From: Longimicrobiales bacterium
Lineage (GTDB): Bacteria; Gemmatimonadota; Gemmatimonadetes; Longimicrobiales; Gaopeijiaceae
NCBI GenBank assembly: GCA_965226375.1
Contig: CBDDCX010000004.1
Span: forward strand, 32,001 to 96,000
DNA length: 64,000 nucleotides
Reading direction: 5' to 3'
In this document: piece after piece, positions 58,748-64,000 of the stretch
How the letters are laid out: the number at the start of each line of letters is the position of its first letter
How positions within the stretch are numbered: position 1 is the stretch's first letter
Notes under the pieces: generated by a model
Told to the model about the DNA's origin: nothing
The model's database searches: none
What the model saw: only the letters and a program-made list of their open reading frames with translations
Program-made: the position numbers and the translations under genes

Positions 58748-60478
58748 CTACGAAGCGTCCTCTTTGGTCGCCTTCTTCTTCGCCCTCGGCTTCTTCCTCT
58801 TCGTCGCCGGTGCTGCCTTCGTCGCCTGGCCGCCCTGGGCACGCACCACTCGGTCACGGCCACTCTCCTTGGCCCGGTAGAGTGCCGCGTCGGCTGACTC
58901 GATCAAGGATTCGGGTGTGTCCCCGTTGGTCGGGAACTCGGCGACCCCGGTGCTCAGCGTGACCGTGTAGGACTGCTCCCCGATGGCCACCCCGCTCTCG
59001 GCCAGTCGCTCTTGAATGCGCTCGGCCGCTCGTTCCGCGCTGTCCATGCTCGTCTCTGGTAGCACCACGAGGAATTCTTCCCCGCCGTACCGTGCGACGA
59101 CATCGATATCGCGTGTCGCCTCCTGCAGGACCTCCGCGACCATCCGCAGGGCCTGGTCTCCCGCGAGGTGACCGTGCGTGTCGTTGAACTGCTTGAAATG
59201 ATCCACATCCGCGAGGAGGATCGTGAACGACGAATGCGAGCGGCCCGAGCGCTCGGCTTCGGACTCCAGGGTCTCCATCAGGTGCCGCCGGTTCGCGATC
59301 CCCGTGAGCGGGTCGGTCACGAGCAGATGTTCGAGCTGTTGTCGTCCTTCACGTAGGCGGCCGACCATTCCGTTGAAGACTTCGGTGAGGTATCCCACCT
59401 CGCCCTTACCCACGGGCAGGTCCACCGCGAGGTCACCCGCCGCAACTTCCGCGGCACCCGTGGTCAACCGATCCAGGGGACGTACGATCAGGAGGCCCAA
59501 ACGGTACGCGATGACGCCGACCACTATGAGGAGCCCAGTGAGAAGTAACGCTGTCACATTGCGCAGCTGCACGATCTGTGCATAGGCCTCCTCCTCCGGG
59601 ATCTCCGCAACGACCGCCCAATCCAGCCGCGGAACCCGCTGCAAGGTGCCGATGACCTCGTTCCCGTCACGGTCGGTGTAGTTGACGGGACTTCCCTCGC
59701 TCGCGAACAGGAGCTCAGACGTGGCCGACGTGACATTACGCTCAGCGAGCAGCCGAGGGTCGCCGCCTGAGCTGACGATCGCCGTCCCGTCCGCCCCGAT
59801 CACGTACAAGTTCCCCGATTCACCCGGCGCGAACACCAGCAAGATGGTCAGCACGGCCCGGTACGAGACGTTGGCGACGAGTGCGCCCAAGAAGGCGCGA
59901 TCCGCTGCGACTATCGGGACCGCAACGGTCATGAACAGTTGGCCGACTTGCTCGTCCCAGTACGCATCCCCGATCACCGTCTGGTCATCAGCCACCCGGG
60001 CGAGCCAGCCGGATGGGAGATGAACATCGCTGGCCTGCTCGGCACTCGTCGCGAGCCGCCCGCCCTGCCGACCGATGACGAGTAACTCGTCGTAGTCCGG
60101 AAAGCGCTCCGCGACCGAGGTGACGTAGTCGTTGAGCCGAGCGCTGGCTCGACCGCCGTCGGCCGCCCGTCGAGCGCGCACGATGTTCTCGGTCACCTCA
60201 TAGGAGCTCGCGAAGACCCGGACGTCCTAGAGGCGCTCCTTGAGCCAGAGGTCGATCTCGCGCGCGGTCTGCGCGCTCACACTCTGCAGCTCTTCGGTGA
60301 TCTTGTCGGTCAGGGCGTCGTGGTTCTGGACGTACGAGATCCAGGCCATCCCAAGGGACGGAATCAGCGTGGCCAGCAAGGCGAGGCCCACAATCCGGCT
60401 CTTGATGCTCTCCAGCCGGAGTACCTTGGGGATTTGGTCGATGACGGTGGTACCGTCGAGTGACGTGCGCTCGGGCAT
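58748..60478 (-). pseudogene. Cache-HAMP-GGDEF diguanylate cyclase interrupted by one in-frame TAG (60227-60229)
   Basis: N-terminal TM, LWLKERL*DVRVFASSYEV in a single frame, HAMP, TDPLTGIANRR, DVDHFK..NDTHGH, RYGGEEF. Confidence 0.85.
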
Positions 60479-60510
60479 GATTAAGACTATGTCCTACGAG
60501 GGCAGCCCGC

Positions 60511-60999
60511 TCACACTCGCTCCGCCTCCACCCGATGCCGCGTCCGTTCCACCTGCTCTACGAGAGACTTGCTGAAAAGCCCCTTGTTCTCTTCGAACCA
60601 CTCACCCCACACAGGCACACTCAGGTGTTGCTCCAGGGTGCACTCGTAGCTCTCCCACATCTCCTGGTCCAGGGCCCCCACGCGGTACTGGTAAACGAGG
60701 TTTCCGAAGTGGCGGAAGACCGCCGTCATGTAAGCGTTCCAACGGACCGTCTCCGACGGCGTGAGGCTCGACGGGTCCTCTTCAGCCCGGTGAAGGAACT
60801 CGGCGAACTCCGAGTCGACAAAGGCATTCTGCAGCAGGTGCATGCTGTTTTGGACCATGGAGTTGAACGACGCGACCCGGACAGATGTGGTGTTCTGCTG
60901 CATTTGCTTGGCGAGATAAACCAGGGAGATGACCACTCCCATGGCGCCGACGAACTCCCCCAGGTTTCCGAGGTCTTGCAGTGTGAATTGTGTGAGCAT
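60511..60999 (-). CDS. Conserved hypothetical protein with an N-terminal TM anchor
   Basis: TLQDLGNLGEFVGAMGVVISLVYLAKQ N-terminus; YQYRVGALD..W motif. Confidence 0.7.
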   Translation of the reverse strand: MLTQFTLQDLGNLGEFVGAMGVVISLVYLAKQMQQNTTSVRVASFNSMVQNSMHLLQNAFVDSEFAEFLHRAEEDPSSLTPSETVRWNAYMTAVFRHFGNLVYQYRVGALDQEMWESYECTLEQHLSVPVWGEWFEENKGLFSKSLVEQVERTRHRVEAERV

Positions 61000-61071
61000 C
61001 GTAAAAGATACTGAAGATGGGTTGGAAGGGGATGCCCGGCTTCGTGGCTCGATCAGGCGGGCGGGCGGTGT

Positions 61072-62685
61072 CTAGCGCGAAGTCGTTGTCGCCGTTAGCA
61101 GAGCGCGGGCGGCGGGAACGCCCAGGTTCGATCCTCCGAACTCGGGAAGGATGGCCGCATTGATGGCCACCACCTGGCCGTCCAGCGACAGTACCGGGCC
61201 GCCACTTCCGCCGCTGGTCGTCTCGGCGTCGTAGACGATGTTCTGGGTGGTCGCCTGACCGACGATGCCCCGGCTCGCGAGCGGAGTCACATGCCCTTGT
61301 TGCGAGAGCCTTTCGGCGACTTTCCAGAAATCCGTGATTCCAGCTCGCTGTAATCCTTCCACGAAGTCTGGATTGGTGCGGGCCATGAGAGCCCGGATCC
61401 CCAATGGGAACCCGACGACGATCACCGCGTCGCCCGGCTCGGGCGGACCCTCGGCCAGCGGCAGATAGTCGACTTCACCACCGGCGAAGTCCGCCTCACC
61501 ACCACCGACGACACAGCAAAGCACGGCCAGATCGGCATCGTCGCTCGCCGAGACCAGCTCCAGCTCGAAGGGCTCGGCCATTCCCGGCAAGTATCCGACG
61601 AAGCGGGTCATCTCTCCCTCGAAACCTCTTGCGAGCATCGCTTTGCCGGCGGGGTCGAACTCCCAGGGACGCGACACGTGGCGATTGGTGAGGAGGAGTC
61701 CATCCGGACTCACCACAAAGGCCGTTCCTGTCAGGAAGATTTTGAGGGGAGGTCCCGTGCCGTCCACGCTGATGGCGGGTTCGCCCGCGGGGTTCCGAAC
61801 GGGCTGACCGCTGGGGCCCAGCATCATGCGTAGGGGACGGCGGGTCTCGGGCTGGACGAAGCCGTAGCTGCCTTGGACGAAGACCGTCGACCGGGTGGCG
61901 ATGCGGATCACACGGGCTTCGGCTCCACTCCGCTCCTCGAGAGCGTCCAGACGATCGCGGGCGGTCGAGACGCTTGAACGGAGTTCGGCGAAGAGGTCGC
62001 CCAGGTCTTCCCTGGTCGGGACCTGCCCCTGGGTACGCTCGAGTAGCGCCGCGAGTCCTTCTACTCGGGTCGCCTCTGCCGCGAGTCGCCGTTGGAGTTG
62101 AAAGCTCTGCCGTGCCAACAGCGCGGTCCCGAATCCAAGAAGGATCAGTACGGTCAGCACGCTTAAGCGAAAGGTACGGGCCGTCTGGGTGAGTAGCTGT
62201 TTGGGCAGGTCCGTGAACATCATGGCGGCTTTCCCGACCGGTCCTCGACCCGACTGACGTGCGCAGTCGAGACAGTCGCCGAAGACCTGCGTCATGGTCT
62301 TGTAGGGTGCTACTCCGGCGTCGTAAACACGGTATCGCAACACGGCACCGTCCCTGCCGATCTCCAGGACGTCCCCCGACGCTAACGTGAACCGACTCAC
62401 GCGCTCTCCGTTCACCCAGACCTCACTGCCCCCCTCCGCCACGACCTCGTACGTCTGGCCGCGACAGCGCAGTGTGGCGTGATGTGGAGAGGGAAGGGGC
62501 TCGGTATCGAGCGGCAGCCGAATATCCATGCCCGGTCCCGTGCCGACCCTGATCTCGTTCCCCGAGAGGCGGTGAGAGAACCCGCGTCGACTGCCCGACA
62601 GATGAACGAGGACGGAGGTCGGCCCGGACTCGGGGGGCTCGTTCTCCACCGTCACTTGTCGGTTGTCTGCTTCCATCGGGCCCAC
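61072..62685 (-). CDS. FHA-domain membrane-anchored trypsin-like serine protease
   Basis: FHA-like SPHHA..VWVNGE..LASGDVLEIG; TM; coiled coil; GTAFVV, LTNRHV, DLAVL, GGSGGPV. Confidence 0.85.
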   Translation of the reverse strand: MGPMEADNRQVTVENEPPESGPTSVLVHLSGSRRGFSHRLSGNEIRVGTGPGMDIRLPLDTEPLPSPHHATLRCRGQTYEVVAEGGSEVWVNGERVSRFTLASGDVLEIGRDGAVLRYRVYDAGVAPYKTMTQVFGDCLDCARQSGRGPVGKAAMMFTDLPKQLLTQTARTFRLSVLTVLILLGFGTALLARQSFQLQRRLAAEATRVEGLAALLERTQGQVPTREDLGDLFAELRSSVSTARDRLDALEERSGAEARVIRIATRSTVFVQGSYGFVQPETRRPLRMMLGPSGQPVRNPAGEPAISVDGTGPPLKIFLTGTAFVVSPDGLLLTNRHVSRPWEFDPAGKAMLARGFEGEMTRFVGYLPGMAEPFELELVSASDDADLAVLCCVVGGGEADFAGGEVDYLPLAEGPPEPGDAVIVVGFPLGIRALMARTNPDFVEGLQRAGITDFWKVAERLSQQGHVTPLASRGIVGQATTQNIVYDAETTSGGSGGPVLSLDGQVVAINAAILPEFGGSNLGVPAARALLTATTTSR

Positions 62686-62730
62686 ACTTATCGCTCGCTT
62701 CGACCGAGAGTCGGGTTCTACCGTGGCGTC

Positions 62731-63858
62731 TCAGCCCCCGCGGTTCAGTCCGTACTTCATGATGGCGGCGTGCCGGCCGCCTTTCACCCGCTCCAATCCG
62801 TAGACCGGACCTTTCGGTCCCGGAGCCGATCGGCCGAGGTCGTGAATAGCCTCCCGCTCCTCATCGCCGAGCACCAGATCGAAGACCCTGACGATGCCGG
62901 ACACTCGCTCGGCCGTGCTCACGCCGACGATCGCCGAGGTGACCCCTGGCCGGTCCAACACGTAACGGAGCGCCACTTGGGCAATCGTGACCCCGTGCCG
63001 CCGGGCGATCCGGTTCATCTCCGTCAAGAGTGCCTGAAACGACTCCCAGCCGCCATACTCGTCGATCATCAGGCGGTACTTCACGAGCGAGCGGTTTCCG
63101 GGAGCCTCTGCGGGATCCGGTACGTTCAGATAACGATCCGAAAGGAATCCGCCCGCGAGGGTGCCATAACAGAATAGCCCGATGCCGTTGGCCATGCAGT
63201 ACTCGGCCATCGTCTCTTCGCCCAGTCCGCCCTCTCGGGTCCCGCCCTTGGGGGTCGCTCCCTTGGCGATCCCTCCCTCGGGTCGGTGGTCGAGCGCGGA
63301 GTACTGAACTTGATGGGCCCTGATCGGGACTCCGGCGTCGACCATGGCGCTCAGGGACTCCAGATCGAAGTTGGTGGCGCCGATCTGACCGATCTTTCCG
63401 GCCGAGCGGAGCTCGTCCAGCCAGCCGGCGGTCTCGACCCACCGGTCCACGTCGTAGGACCACCAGGCGAACTGGACCAGGTCCAGCTGCTCCACCCCCA
63501 AGCGGCGTAGGGAGCGGTCGATGACGCGCTCCACGTAGGGCTTGTCGAGGGTGGCCAGGTCGTCCAGGTCGGGCACGAACTTCGTGTGGATACGGATGTC
63601 CTGTGCGCCCGCGGAGCCTTCCCGTGCCCGGTACTCACGCAAGAATTCGCCGAGCAGCTCCTCGACGCCGGTGTAGATGTCCCCGCAGTCAAACGCCGTG
63701 ATGCCCGCGTCCACGGCACTCGACAACGCCTCGAATACGTCGGTCCGGGAGCGGGTTGGCTGGTGGCCCGCAGAGAGTTGCCATCCGCCGGTGACGATGC
63801 GCGGCACCGTACGGCCATCGGCGAGTTGTGCGGTCTCGATACTCACGCTGTGTACCAA
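62731..63858 (-). CDS. Aldo/keto reductase
   Basis: GGWQLSAGH, FDCGDIYTGVEE, IHTKFVPD, LDLVQF, QVQYSALD, YGTLAGG. Confidence 0.9.
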   Translation of the reverse strand: MVHSVSIETAQLADGRTVPRIVTGGWQLSAGHQPTRSRTDVFEALSSAVDAGITAFDCGDIYTGVEELLGEFLREYRAREGSAGAQDIRIHTKFVPDLDDLATLDKPYVERVIDRSLRRLGVEQLDLVQFAWWSYDVDRWVETAGWLDELRSAGKIGQIGATNFDLESLSAMVDAGVPIRAHQVQYSALDHRPEGGIAKGATPKGGTREGGLGEETMAEYCMANGIGLFCYGTLAGGFLSDRYLNVPDPAEAPGNRSLVKYRLMIDEYGGWESFQALLTEMNRIARRHGVTIAQVALRYVLDRPGVTSAIVGVSTAERVSGIVRVFDLVLGDEEREAIHDLGRSAPGPKGPVYGLERVKGGRHAAIMKYGLNRGG

Positions 63859-63886
63859 CTACCGGGGAAGTCCGCGGCACTCGGGT

Positions 63887-64000
63887 TCAAGCGTCGCCGT
63901 CCCCTTCATTCGGGACGGCCCCTCCACCCAACGGCACGACCGTCACGTCCGAGTGCCGGAACGTCGTGCGTCCCACCCGCGTGATCCGGAAACGGGCCCC
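63887..64000 (-). CDS. C-terminal fragment of a probable TIGR04076-family protein (5'-partial)
   Basis: Reads GARFRITRVGRTTFRHSDVTVVPLGGGAVPNEGDGDA*. Resembles the C-terminus of TIGR04076 proteins, which as I recall neighbour this AKR subtype. Not in the ORF track. Confidence 0.55.
   Translation of the reverse strand, partial: GARFRITRVGRTTFRHSDVTVVPLGGGAVPNEGDGDA

Noticed and set aside
1..64000. Genome-wide TAG reassignment or pyrrolysine use
   Set aside because: Many intact genes end at TAG exactly where their families end (e.g. 5601, 9824, 38065, 45909, 55724), and no pyl genes or suppressor tRNA are visible in the window
1..64000. CRISPR array, tRNA, rRNA, IS transposase or prophage
   Set aside because: No regularly spaced repeats, cloverleaf or rRNA-like tracts, transposase or phage structural genes were recognised by eye

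Overview
GC-rich (roughly 65%, estimated by eye) bacterial chromosomal segment. The gene repertoire suggests Gemmatimonadota or a related lineage (inference only): SusD-like tail, small TonB-plug lipoprotein, ADOP-type orphan permeases, Big_2 lipoproteins and many Tat-signal enzymes. About 55 CDS are present, dominated by peptide, amide and amino-acid scavenging (S9 peptidase, amidase, TldDE, Zn metalloprotease, SSS and AlsT symporters) and a LivGHMKF-like ABC cluster with two acyl-CoA ligases. There is also a cytochrome c/PQQ dehydrogenase/D-threonine-aldolase-like/beta-propeller cluster and housekeeping genes (apbE, panE, rsgA, nfuA, a phosphohexomutase). The main accessory feature is an integron integrase (38218-39267) with a clear attI-like site downstream of, and co-oriented with, intI. 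It is followed by a degraded cassette-like region holding a truncated Tat-AKR, an HO-like diiron enzyme, an NTF2 protein, an inverted lipoprotein and a degenerate attC. Other notable observations: three in-frame stops sharing the context CTAnGA (probable Tyr TAC codons), four normally cytoplasmic enzyme families carrying twin-arginine signals, a perfect 22-bp AT-rich operator-like palindrome, a multi-hairpin leader before a DUF3179 gene, an unannotated 43-aa membrane protein and several short in-frame tandem duplications. No rRNA, tRNA or CRISPR array was seen.
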